Shown: positions 7,878-16,281 of the stretch, in pieces
Layout: every line of letters starts with the position of its first letter
Numbering within the stretch: position 1 is the stretch's first letter
DNA from: Janthinobacterium sp.
GTDB taxonomy: Bacteria; Pseudomonadota; Gammaproteobacteria; Burkholderiales; Burkholderiaceae_D
Assembly (NCBI GenBank): GCA_031431155.1
Contig: JANPCW010000204.1
Location: 2,461-66,460 of the forward strand
DNA length: 64,000 bases
Direction of reading: 5' to 3'
Position numbers and translations under genes: made by a program
Notes under the pieces: model-generated
Database searches by the model: none
What the model was told of the DNA's origin: nothing
The model's input: the letters and a program-made list of their open reading frames with translations, nothing else

Positions 7878-8753
7878 ATGCAAAACATCACCGAAGAAAA
7901 AATCACCCCTGCCAAGGCCGAAAAATACCTGAACCTCAACAAAGGCAACCGCTCCATGCGGGAAGGCGTGGCCGAGAAGTATGCCGCCGATATGCGCGGC
8001 GGCACCTGGACCGCCTGCGCGGCGCCGATTGTGTTCTACGATGACGGCGACTTGGCTGACGGCCAGCACCGGCTTTGGGCTATTGTGGAGGCACAAACAC
8101 CCCAAACTTTTCTCGTCGTTCGCGGTTTCCCGCGCCAGGCAGGGCTCAACATCGACGCCGGGCTCGCCCGCTCTTTGGTTGATAGCGGCCGGATCAGCGG
8201 CCGCGACACACATTTGTCGCACAATTTGATTGCCATTGCTCGCGCGGTCAACGACGGAGCGAGTGGGGGTATCGCCATTTCAAACGCCGCGAAGCTGGCT
8301 ATCGTTGAGAATCACCGCAATGCGGCCAACTTTGCAATGACCTTCGGCCCAAGGTCCAAGGGCTTGCGTAACGCGGTTGTTTTGAGCGCGATAGCAAGAG
8401 CGTGGTATCACGAAGCCGACAAGGATAAGCTGTGCCGTTTCGGCGAAGTGATGGGCAAGGGATTTGCCGATGGCGAACGAGAATCGGCAGCAGTGGCGAT
8501 CAGGAACTACATGATCACCAAAGGGCCGACTGCATCCACCACCGGATGCTGGCGCGAGACGTTTCTCAAGGTGCAAAACGCCATTTGGTATTTCATGCGC
8601 AGCAAGCCGTTGATGAACATTCGCGTCGTAAACGACGAGGCCTATGCGCTGGATAAGACAAGGTCTACCTCTGGCGGGGCCCGGAAAGCTGCCGCCAAGC
8701 CAAACTGGAAAGAAAGCGGGGTTTTGCGCGAAGCCAAAAAGTCGGTGGCGTGA
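7878..8753 (+). CDS. ParB-like nuclease domain protein
   Basis: The N-terminal domain carries the DGQHR motif (DLADGQHRLWAI). Confidence 0.7.
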   Translation: MQNITEEKITPAKAEKYLNLNKGNRSMREGVAEKYAADMRGGTWTACAAPIVFYDDGDLADGQHRLWAIVEAQTPQTFLVVRGFPRQAGLNIDAGLARSLVDSGRISGRDTHLSHNLIAIARAVNDGASGGIAISNAAKLAIVENHRNAANFAMTFGPRSKGLRNAVVLSAIARAWYHEADKDKLCRFGEVMGKGFADGERESAAVAIRNYMITKGPTASTTGCWRETFLKVQNAIWYFMRSKPLMNIRVVNDEAYALDKTRSTSGGARKAAAKPNWKESGVLREAKKSVA

Positions 8754-9103
8754 TGGAACGCCGCAGCTTTCTCGCCGGGATGCTCGCCGCATGCGCGGCG
8801 CCGGCCATCGTGCGCTCGGGCATCCTTATGCCCATTAGGCCTGCCGGGATCGACCTGTCGGCGGCGCCAAGCACGGCCGGGGTTTTCCTTGGCCCTGAGT
8901 TCGGGAGCTACGAGGGATTCAGGTTTGTCGAGTCGAAAGAGTTGGCCTGGATAGGTTCCGTCACAAACAACGACAGCGTGAGGATCAATCTATCGAAGGA
9001 GGGCAGCCGGGTGTTCGTCCCAAACAAGAGTGGCATTTTGAGAGTCTTCATGGATGGCTCGGCCACCATCAACGATCAGCAGCTTGGGCAAATGCCATCA
9101 TAG
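8750..9103 (+). CDS. small secreted protein with a twin-arginine (Tat) signal
   Basis: MMERRSFLAGMLAACAAPAIV fits the Tat consensus (S/T)RRxFL followed by a hydrophobic h-region. Confidence 0.55.
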   Translation: MMERRSFLAGMLAACAAPAIVRSGILMPIRPAGIDLSAAPSTAGVFLGPEFGSYEGFRFVESKELAWIGSVTNNDSVRINLSKEGSRVFVPNKSGILRVFMDGSATINDQQLGQMPS

Positions 9104-11137
9104 TAGCCAGCCGCCGCCTTCGGCAGGCTCCAATTCCCGATCCTCTGGCGGGATGTCCTTCACCGGGGCAGCGGGGATTTCATAGGCCCGGCTTTCCGAA
9201 TCGGCCTCCACCAACCTGGACTCGCGCAGCACGACGTAGATGCGTTGGCCCTTGGTGCCGTACACGGCATCCTGGTAGTCGCGCAGATAAAGGCGATCCA
9301 GCACATTCCCGGTGATGGCCACGCCAATCGTCGCGTCCATGAACTCGGTGAAGGCCAGCACGTCGGCCACCGCAGCGTTGAAGATCGCCGTGCCGGCGTA
9401 GGTGTCCGAAGGGGCCAGGGAATCGCTGACGGCGCCCACGGCCGCCAGGACGCTCGCTTGGCTATCCGCCGGAGCCAGGGAGTCACTGACCGCGTTGCTG
9501 GTGGTCAACAGCCCGGCCTGGGCATCCGAGACGGTCAGGGCATCCGCCACGGCCCCAGCAACCACCAGCAGGCCGGTCTGCGCGTCCGCAGGGGCCAGGG
9601 TATCCGCCACAGCCATGATGGTGCTGTTGATCAGCGCGGTCTGCGAGTCCGTGACCGTGAGGCTGTCGGTGACGGTCGAAAGCGTCGCAGCGTCGCCGGT
9701 CTGGCTGTCGGTGACGGTCAAGGAATCCGAAACCGTCATTACGACGGTGCTGATCAACCCTGTCTGGCTGTGCGATGGGGTCAGAGAGTCCGCTACGGCC
9801 CCTACAGCCGTGTTGAGCAATCCAGTTTGGGCGTCCGTGACGGTCAGGTTATCCGCCGCTGCACCGACGGCAGTGTTGAGCAGCCCAGTCTGTGAGTCAG
9901 CCGGGGTCAACGTGTCGGCCACGGCCATCACGACCGTAACGATCAGCGCAGTCTGCGAGTCGGCCGGCGTCAAGGCTTCAGAAACGGCTCCAATCGCTTC
10001 CAGGGCGCTGTTTTGGCTGTCCGCTGGTGTCAGAGTCTCGGTTCTGGCTCCGACGGCCACCAGGACGCTATTTTGCGAATCGGCTGGGGTTAGGGTTTCA
10101 GCGACATCGCCAATCCGCGTCAGGTTCGCCGTTTCGCTCTCAACTGGGGTCAGGGTATCGCTGACGGCACCGACCACCGTGGATAGGAGGCCGGTCTGGC
10201 TGTCGGCCGGCGTCAAGGTTTCTGTACGCGCGCTGACCGCAGTGCTCAACAACCCCGTCTGGGTGTCCGCTGGTGTCAGGGTGTCTGCGACGGCCAGGAC
10301 GGCGAAGTTGACAAGTCCGGCTTGACTGTCAGCCGGGGAGAGCGTTTCCGCCACCGCCCCCACAGCAACCAGGATACTTGTCTGTGAGTCCGCAGGCGTG
10401 AGAGTTTCCGTGCGCGTGTTGACCGCCGTGGACATCAGCCCAGTCTGGCTGTCAACCGGGGTAAGCGTGTCGGCAACAGCCAGGACGGCGAAATCCACCA
10501 GTCCGGTCTGGCTGTCCGCAGGCGTCAACGTGTCGGCTACGGCCATAACGACCGTGTTGATCAGCGCAGTTTGCGTGTCGGTTGGCGTCAGCGTATCGGC
10601 CACCGCCATGACGACCGTAGCGATCAGCGCAGTCTGGCTATCGACTGGGGACAGAGACTCACCGATAAGCGCGTCGCCCTCGACCGAGCCCCAGTCGCAT
10701 TGATCGACCAGGGCGGCGTCGGTGATGAGGCCGTAGTCCGGGTTGCTGTCCACCCCGGCTGTGATCAGGTCGTAGTCTTGGTTGACATCCCAGCAAGAGT
10801 GCTGAGCGATCTGAGTGTCGGCGACGGTAAGGGAGTCAGCACGCGCGCTGACGACGGCGTCGAGCAGCCCAGCCTGGGAATCAGCCGGGGATAGCGTCTC
10901 GGATACAGCCCCAACTGCTTCGAGCAGGGAGGTTTGCGAATCAACGACTGCGAGGCTGTCGGATACGGCCCCGACTGCGGTAGCAAGCAGGCCCGTCTGG
11001 GAGTCCGTGACGGCCAGGGTATCTGCCGCGGCGCCTGTGTACGTCGCTGGCGGCGGGACGTAAGCGGCTACTGCGACATTGATCCTCCGGGGCTTGCCCG
11101 GATACTTGACCTTCTGATAACTGAGGCGCTTGAGCAC
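9098..11137 (-). CDS. tandem-repeat fibrous virion protein (putative fibre or decoration)
   Basis: This is a 679-aa ORF and the last gene of the late operon. About 25 copies of a 19-21-aa unit (consensus near AVADTLTPADSQTGLLxTAVG) are flanked by unique N- and C-terminal domains. Confidence 0.7.
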   Translation of the reverse strand: MLKRLSYQKVKYPGKPRRINVAVAAYVPPPATYTGAAADTLAVTDSQTGLLATAVGAVSDSLAVVDSQTSLLEAVGAVSETLSPADSQAGLLDAVVSARADSLTVADTQIAQHSCWDVNQDYDLITAGVDSNPDYGLITDAALVDQCDWGSVEGDALIGESLSPVDSQTALIATVVMAVADTLTPTDTQTALINTVVMAVADTLTPADSQTGLVDFAVLAVADTLTPVDSQTGLMSTAVNTRTETLTPADSQTSILVAVGAVAETLSPADSQAGLVNFAVLAVADTLTPADTQTGLLSTAVSARTETLTPADSQTGLLSTVVGAVSDTLTPVESETANLTRIGDVAETLTPADSQNSVLVAVGARTETLTPADSQNSALEAIGAVSEALTPADSQTALIVTVVMAVADTLTPADSQTGLLNTAVGAAADNLTVTDAQTGLLNTAVGAVADSLTPSHSQTGLISTVVMTVSDSLTVTDSQTGDAATLSTVTDSLTVTDSQTALINSTIMAVADTLAPADAQTGLLVVAGAVADALTVSDAQAGLLTTSNAVSDSLAPADSQASVLAAVGAVSDSLAPSDTYAGTAIFNAAVADVLAFTEFMDATIGVAITGNVLDRLYLRDYQDAVYGTKGQRIYVVLRESRLVEADSESRAYEIPAAPVKDIPPEDRELEPAEGGGWLL
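9415..11032 (-). repeat. in-frame tandem coding repeats, about 60-63 bp period, about 25 units in two blocks
   Basis: There are 4 units at about 10823-11032 and 21 units at about 9415-10640. A unique Cys/Trp/Asp-rich insert (HSCWDVNQDYDLI...DQCDWGSVEGD) separates the two blocks. Confidence 0.8.
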
Positions 11138-11154
11138 TCAAGCTCCCCTTGGGT

Positions 11155-11634
11155 TTAACCGCCGATTTCGCGGAAACGGATGTAGCCGCTGAACGTCGTG
11201 GACGCCGCCGGGGCTGTGTGCAGGCCAATCGCGCAGCGAGAGGCAGAGCCCGCAGTCGGGCCGAGCACGAGCAACGGGTCGTCGAACGCGCCCTTCCAGA
11301 GCCAGCCGTTCAGGATGTTCTGCCCTTCCCGGCGCATGAGCGTCGTGACCGCCGAAGAAGCGGCAGCGAGCATGGTACGCGCCGTGCCGCCGTAGGCCGG
11401 AGAGCCGACTTCCAGTGGCGCGGGTGTGTTGGCTGTGCCCACTGCCTCGTTGCCGGTCGCCGTGCGCCAGAGCTTAAGGACAAGCTGCTCGCTGATCTCA
11501 ATGGTGTCCTGCGTGATGCAGATTTCCTCGACAAACGTCACGGCATCCGTGGGGTTTGAGAGGAAGAAGAACTCGATGGCCGTCGTTGCAGCAACGCCGT
11601 CGATGACTGAGGTATAGACACGTCCAAGGGCCAT
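11155..11634 (-). CDS. hypothetical virion-module protein
   Basis: ORF track entry lying within the late operon. Confidence 0.6.
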   Translation of the reverse strand: MALGRVYTSVIDGVAATTAIEFFFLSNPTDAVTFVEEICITQDTIEISEQLVLKLWRTATGNEAVGTANTPAPLEVGSPAYGGTARTMLAAASSAVTTLMRREGQNILNGWLWKGAFDDPLLVLGPTAGSASRCAIGLHTAPAASTTFSGYIRFREIGG

Positions 11635-11643
11635 AGGTTTCTC

Positions 11644-12390
11644 CTAAATTCTTACGCCGTAGGCGCGTCTTGCAAAAACTGGGTTGTGTACTGCCTCGAC
11701 TTCCCGCAGCCTGATTATATTTCCGCCACCCGTCTGCGCCACAGAGAGCGTCCAGCCGACAACGGGCGCAGCAGTAGCGGTGCCTGCGGTACAAGAAGCA
11801 GTGCTGGCTGATGCTTCGAGGTCGTTGCCGAGGGCGGTGGTGCCTTCTGTGGCTGGGCGCTCAGTGACCGCGCCGATGGTTGCCGATGCCGCTGTCAGCG
11901 TAGGCGTGCCAAAGGTGGAGTTGTCGCCAGCTATGACGGAGCCGGTGACAAGGAAGTCCCCGTTGGTGATGCCGGGGTTGGCGTCCATCGTAAGAGAAAA
12001 ACCCGTGCCGCTGGTGGTGTCCGAGCCTTTGGCAGCAGCGATGAGCCACTCTTTTCCTGCGGCCTTGCTGAACCCGCCCATGTAGCCCAGCGCAACGTTG
12101 CCCGATGTCACCGTCACCGTCACCGCAGCGTCACCGCTTCGCCAGAAGCGGTAAAACGATTTCCACAGCACCGAGCCAGTGTCGATGCCCGAGGCGGTTG
12201 AGCCGTTGGCTCCGTCACTGCCGGGGATAAGCTCCCACCCCGCAGGCACGACGATGTCGGCGTTGAATGGTTTGCAGCCGACGAAGATGATATTAACGTC
12301 ACCCGCTGCGTTACCCGTAGGCAAGGGTATGGATGCAACAGACGTAGTGCCTGCCGTCCACGCCCCTGGGGTGCGTGCTGCGATGGTCAT
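11644..12390 (-). CDS. hypothetical virion-module protein
   Basis: ORF track entry. The protein is Gly/Thr/Ala-rich and looks like a beta-rich protein. Confidence 0.6.
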   Translation of the reverse strand: MTIAARTPGAWTAGTTSVASIPLPTGNAAGDVNIIFVGCKPFNADIVVPAGWELIPGSDGANGSTASGIDTGSVLWKSFYRFWRSGDAAVTVTVTSGNVALGYMGGFSKAAGKEWLIAAAKGSDTTSGTGFSLTMDANPGITNGDFLVTGSVIAGDNSTFGTPTLTAASATIGAVTERPATEGTTALGNDLEASASTASCTAGTATAAPVVGWTLSVAQTGGGNIIRLREVEAVHNPVFARRAYGVRI

Positions 12391-12684
12391 TTATCTCAGC
12401 TTCCAATTACGGTACGCCACAAGCGCATACAAAACCGTCGCCGCCACGAGCAGGCCGTAGGCAATCCAAGGATAGCCCTGCCCCATGATGTGCAGGACGC
12501 CAAGCCAAACGATGGCGCAGGACACTACCTTGACCAAGAGCAACGCTTCCTTCACGCCGATCTTGTCCATCAACATTTTTAGTAATGGATTCGCTTCATA
12601 GTTGCCGGGTTTTTTTAATGCCAAAACTGTCGTGTAAGCATCTAAAACCTGAGCAACTACTAGGAGAAAAAATAGGGCGTTCAT
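12391..12684 (-). CDS. small integral membrane protein (DUF5658-like)
   Basis: It has three hydrophobic segments and a LDAYTT...EANPLL motif. The gene is visibly AT-richer than its surroundings. Confidence 0.6.
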   Translation of the reverse strand: MNALFFLLVVAQVLDAYTTVLALKKPGNYEANPLLKMLMDKIGVKEALLLVKVVSCAIVWLGVLHIMGQGYPWIAYGLLVAATVLYALVAYRNWKLR

Positions 12685-12845
12685 ACAGCCACCGCCACTT
12701 CCGGCTTGGGCGTCAGTTCTTCCACCTTTGCTCGCAGTACGGCGTTATCTGCCGCAAGGTTCAGGCATCGCTCGGTCGTGGCGTTGAACAGGGCTTGCAT
12801 TTCTGCAATTGCTGCGCGTAGGCGGGTTTCGGTTTCGTTTGGCAT
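12681..12845 (-). CDS. hypothetical small coiled-coil protein
   Basis: Start at MPNETETRL with an AGGA 5 nt upstream. The ORF-track start at 12923 would overlap the upstream gene. Confidence 0.5.
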   Translation of the reverse strand: MPNETETRLRAAIAEMQALFNATTERCLNLAADNAVLRAKVEELTPKPEVAVAV

Positions 12846-12852
12846 GGGGTTC

Positions 12853-13056
12853 CTAAGTGGGGCCAAAGTCGTCGTCAGTGATGGCCGTTTCAGCCACCCG
12901 TCTTTCCTGCTGATGGACAACACCGCGCATCTGCCCGATCAGCCACTGCTTGATGTCAGCAATAGTCGGGTCCGTAGGCATGCTCAGATGCTTTTTGAAG
13001 GCTCCTTGCGCGCGGGTTGCTTGGGCGTTGGTAAGGTCGATGGTTAGGCTTGGCAC
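12853..13056 (-). CDS. hypothetical protein
   Basis: ORF track entry. Confidence 0.55.
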   Translation of the reverse strand: MPSLTIDLTNAQATRAQGAFKKHLSMPTDPTIADIKQWLIGQMRGVVHQQERRVAETAITDDDFGPT

Positions 13057-13142
13057 AACGGCTCCTTGAGGTTAAAATAACGAAGCCGAACACGCGCTGA
13101 TAACGCGGCCCGGCCTCTGACCACAACGCGAGGAACCGCATC

Positions 13143-13664
13143 ATGGCTGCTGACAATCTTACCGCGCAACGTCTGCGCGAGCTTCTGAATTACGACCCCG
13201 ACACCGGCGTATTTACCCGCCGCTTGAAAAACGCGAATTGCGTCAAGGTTGGCGACGTGGCGGGAGGTCTCGACGGGCGAGGGTACTGCCGCTTCCGAAT
13301 CGACGGCAAGAAACACCGAGCGCACAGACTGGCATGGCTCTACATGCACGGAGACTGGCCGTTGGGGGAAATAGACCACATCAATGGCTTGCCCGCTGAT
13401 AACAGGATTTCCAATCTGCGCGATGTATCGCACGCCGAGAATGTTCAAAACGTGCATAAGCCGAACAAAGACAACGAATCCTGCGAATTTCGCGGAGTTC
13501 ACTGGCACAGGCGCGATCTGAAGTGGACGGCGCAAATCCGCGCCAATGGCAAGATTAAATGGCTTGGCGCCTTCCCCACGAAAGAGGCTGCGGCAGAAGC
13601 CTACAAACAGGCCAAGCGCGTTCATCATGTCAGCGCCGCCGTTGATAGCCACCCACCATCGTAG
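13143..13664 (+). CDS. HNH-AP2 homing endonuclease
   Basis: YDPDTGVFT, AHRLAWLYMHGDWPLGEIDHINGLPADNRISNL (HNH_3), then an AP2-type DNA-binding domain (FRGVHWHRRDLKWTAQIRANGKIKWLGAFPTKEAAAEAY). It lies on the opposite strand to the late operon. Confidence 0.85.
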   Translation: MAADNLTAQRLRELLNYDPDTGVFTRRLKNANCVKVGDVAGGLDGRGYCRFRIDGKKHRAHRLAWLYMHGDWPLGEIDHINGLPADNRISNLRDVSHAENVQNVHKPNKDNESCEFRGVHWHRRDLKWTAQIRANGKIKWLGAFPTKEAAAEAYKQAKRVHHVSAAVDSHPPS

Positions 13665-14845
13665 ATGTACAGCTTGTTGTTCGTGGTATCGAACTGGATA
13701 GCCACCTGTCCGGTCTTTGCCGCAGGGATGCCAGTCGGAGCGCCTGCGCTGGTTTGGATGTAAACGTGCCCTGTTGTCGCGCCTGTAGCCAAGGCCGCAG
13801 TTCCAAACCACGCGCCGCCATCAGCGTTAAATGTGCTTGTGGCGCTGAGAGTGCCTGTTACTGCTAGGCCGGTGGAGTCTAGGGTAGCCACAGTGGCAGC
13901 AGCCATTCCGCGACCTGCTTTGAAGTACAGCTTTGAGTCGGCGTTGATGGTTCCGATTGTCCATCTGTCAGCTATGGCGTCCTCAGTGAATGTCAGCTGT
14001 GCTGTTTTACCTGCGGCTGGGCGTAGGTGCCATTCGAGGCCCGTTGTGGATACCACAACGCCACCGATGGTGCCCAGTCCAGTGGGTGCTGTCATATTTA
14101 GCAGGCCAGACCAATTCGACGTTGCGGTTGATGTGCAGGTAATTGTTCCCGTGCTGCTGAGAGTGCCTGTTACTGCTAGGCCGCCTGCCATAATGACGCC
14201 CTGCGCGTCGGGGTCAATACTGACCAACTGCCCCGCCGACATTCCGATGACGCGAATGTCGGCGGAGTTGGCATTATTCCTAGCCGACAAGAACGATGCC
14301 GACGGCATCCGAAAAGCGCCTGTCGTCGCCGGAGTAGTGCCGGAAACGATTGCCGCAGCAGTCAGTGCGCCGCTCACCGTAACGTTGTTTGAAGCATCGA
14401 TCGAGATACCCGCCGAAGTTCCTGCACGACTAATGTAGTTCGCACCAAGAGTAATGCCGCCGTTTGGACTCAAGGCTCCGCTGAAACTACCAGTCCCCGT
14501 AACCCCCAACCCCGTAGCTGAAATATCCAGCACCTTCACGCCGCTGATCGCGTAGCCGTGGTTGTTGGCTCCGATGCGGTAGAGGCCGGAGCCTGTCTCA
14601 GCGTTCAGGTACAGGCTTGGGGCGGCTACGGTGCCAGAGGCAAAGTTGGCAACCCCGCTGAAGCTTTGGATACCTGCAAAGGTGTTGGCTGCGTGCGTTA
14701 CGGCAAGCGGGAATCCCCCCGCTGTCGCGCCGTCATGGACGACGACGGTTTTCTTGTCAGTATCAACCGTGACTTCGCCCAGCGCACCCGTGAAGGATGC
14801 GTGCTGGGCGGTCGTGCCGCGACGGCGTTTGACTTCAACTGCCAT
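13625..14845 (-). CDS. tail fibre protein
   Basis: The N-terminus RRRGTTAQHASFTGALGEVTVDTDKKTVVVHDGATAGGFPLA matches the conserved phage tail-fibre / Mtd-type N-terminal domain. The rest is Gly/Thr/Ala-rich. Confidence 0.75.
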   Translation of the reverse strand: MAVEVKRRRGTTAQHASFTGALGEVTVDTDKKTVVVHDGATAGGFPLAVTHAANTFAGIQSFSGVANFASGTVAAPSLYLNAETGSGLYRIGANNHGYAISGVKVLDISATGLGVTGTGSFSGALSPNGGITLGANYISRAGTSAGISIDASNNVTVSGALTAAAIVSGTTPATTGAFRMPSASFLSARNNANSADIRVIGMSAGQLVSIDPDAQGVIMAGGLAVTGTLSSTGTITCTSTATSNWSGLLNMTAPTGLGTIGGVVVSTTGLEWHLRPAAGKTAQLTFTEDAIADRWTIGTINADSKLYFKAGRGMAAATVATLDSTGLAVTGTLSATSTFNADGGAWFGTAALATGATTGHVYIQTSAGAPTGIPAAKTGQVAIQFDTTNNKLYIYDGGWLSTAALT

Positions 14846-14930
14846 GATGCGGCCCTACAATGCGCAACGCCCCAAGGTTTGCATCCAAGGGGCGCCACTT
14901 CCCACACCATTGCTTTGAAGGAGCAACAGC

Positions 14931-15434
14931 ATGAGCAAGCAGAATTCTACGTTGACGCAAGAGCGCCTTCGCGAGGTCTTGCACTATGACCCGGAGACTG
15001 GGATTTTCACCTGGAGAGTCAATCGCGCCCAGATGGTCGCGGGGAGCGTTGCAGGTGGCCCGAACGGCAAGGGGTACTGGTACATCAAGATCGACCGTTA
15101 CTCGTACCCGGCACACCGCCTCGCTTGGCTCTATGTTCACGGGGTATGGCCACCCTTTGACACCGATCACCACGACACCAAACCATCGAATAACCGCATC
15201 GATAATCTGCGCGAGGCAACGCGCGGCCAGAACCGCCAGAACATGCGCAAGGCGCACAAGAACAACAAGGCTGGGCTGCTTGGCGTCATGTGGCACAAGC
15301 AGAGCCAACGCTGGCGCGCGAAGATCACGGTCGATGGGAAAGGCATTCATCTTGGAAACTTTCTCACTCCTGAACTTGCCAGCGCGGCCTACGCTGAGGC
15401 CAAGCGCAAGTACCACCCGTTTGCAACAGTCTGA
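14931..15434 (+). CDS. HNH-AP2 homing endonuclease (paralog of 13143-13664)
   Basis: YDPETGIFT, AHRLAWLYVHGVWPPFDTDHHDTKPSNNRIDNL, and an AP2-like LLGVMWHKQSQRWRAKITVDGKGIHLGNFLTPELASAAY. Confidence 0.85.
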   Translation: MSKQNSTLTQERLREVLHYDPETGIFTWRVNRAQMVAGSVAGGPNGKGYWYIKIDRYSYPAHRLAWLYVHGVWPPFDTDHHDTKPSNNRIDNLREATRGQNRQNMRKAHKNNKAGLLGVMWHKQSQRWRAKITVDGKGIHLGNFLTPELASAAYAEAKRKYHPFATV

Positions 15435-15442
15435 ATAACCCT

Positions 15443-16270
15443 TCAAAGCGTGAGGGTATACGTGCAATTGAGAGTGTCACCGTTGATAACAGAGCGGCTA
15501 CCGCCCGAGAAATCACCAGCCGAGAACAAAATCCCGGTGGTGTTGTCCTTTGTCGCGCTGCCGCCGTTGTTGATGAAGCAACCGAACACCGTGCCGGTGG
15601 ACGTGATGGCAAAGGCCTGGGTCGGACTGGCCGAGGACCGAGCGCCGGCACCGGCGCCGGTCGCCGCGTTCATGGTCACGTCCTTGCGGTTGCCGGTGTA
15701 GGTCGGGGCGTTCGCCAAGCCCTGCTCCAGCCATGCGCCGTGGGAGGCTTGCGTGTCGCCCACAACCGCCGTGCCGGTGCCTTTGAGGCCCATGCGGATG
15801 GTCTGGGTGTAGGTCGAGCCCTTCATGTACTTGTCGAGCAAGTCCAGAGAGCCAACGTCGGTAACGATGTTGTCGAACGCCTCTGCGTGGAGCACGTCTT
15901 GAAACGGCCGCATCTGGGCTGTCAGCGCGGCTTCTTCGGCGCGCAGTGACACGAGTTCGGCCAGGGCCGTGTTGTACTCGCTGGCTTCCTCCAGCACGTC
16001 CTGGGCCAGCCCCAGAGCTTCGATCCAGGCCTTGAGCTTCTTCACGGGCGCTTCGAGTACAGCGGTTGTGAGGCTGAGTTGCTTGGGCACCAGCGGAAGC
16101 AGCATGCCCTCCATCCTGGTTTCGAGCGCAGCGATCTTCTCGGTCGATTCGTTGCGCGCAGTCCACAGCGGCCAGAACTTGGCATTCTTTTCGGGATCGG
16201 CGCTGGGGCGAAGGTGTTGCAGGCCGTATTGACCATGAACGCGCTTCTGGGGGGCTTGGATTTCGGACAT
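15443..16270 (-). CDS. hypothetical virion protein
   Basis: Start at MSEIQAPQ; the 77-codon extension in the track looks like noise. The C-terminal domain resembles that of CDS 40762-41268. Confidence 0.6.
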   Translation of the reverse strand: MSEIQAPQKRVHGQYGLQHLRPSADPEKNAKFWPLWTARNESTEKIAALETRMEGMLLPLVPKQLSLTTAVLEAPVKKLKAWIEALGLAQDVLEEASEYNTALAELVSLRAEEAALTAQMRPFQDVLHAEAFDNIVTDVGSLDLLDKYMKGSTYTQTIRMGLKGTGTAVVGDTQASHGAWLEQGLANAPTYTGNRKDVTMNAATGAGAGARSSASPTQAFAITSTGTVFGCFINNGGSATKDNTTGILFSAGDFSGGSRSVINGDTLNCTYTLTL

Positions 16271-16281
16271 GGCTTTCGCTC

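Noticed and set aside
9415-11032. Possible CRISPR array or non-coding satellite, suggested by the regular 60-63-bp periodicity
   Set aside because: The units are contiguous with no unique spacers. They are imperfect and keep one reading frame within a 679-codon ORF that has unique termini, so they are coding tandem repeats.
9245-11063. Several long plus-strand ORFs (9245-9895, 9402-10325, 10398-10703 and others) opposite the repeat gene
   Set aside because: They are shadow frames of the GC-rich repetitive minus-strand gene. Their translations are low-complexity (Ser/Ala/Val/Thr or Arg/Gly runs) and they lack starts with SD sequences.
13625-14845. Diversity-generating retroelement, considered because the fibre has an Mtd-type N-terminal domain
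   Set aside because: The window contains no reverse transcriptase gene and no template/variable repeat pair. That N-terminal domain is widespread in ordinary fibres.
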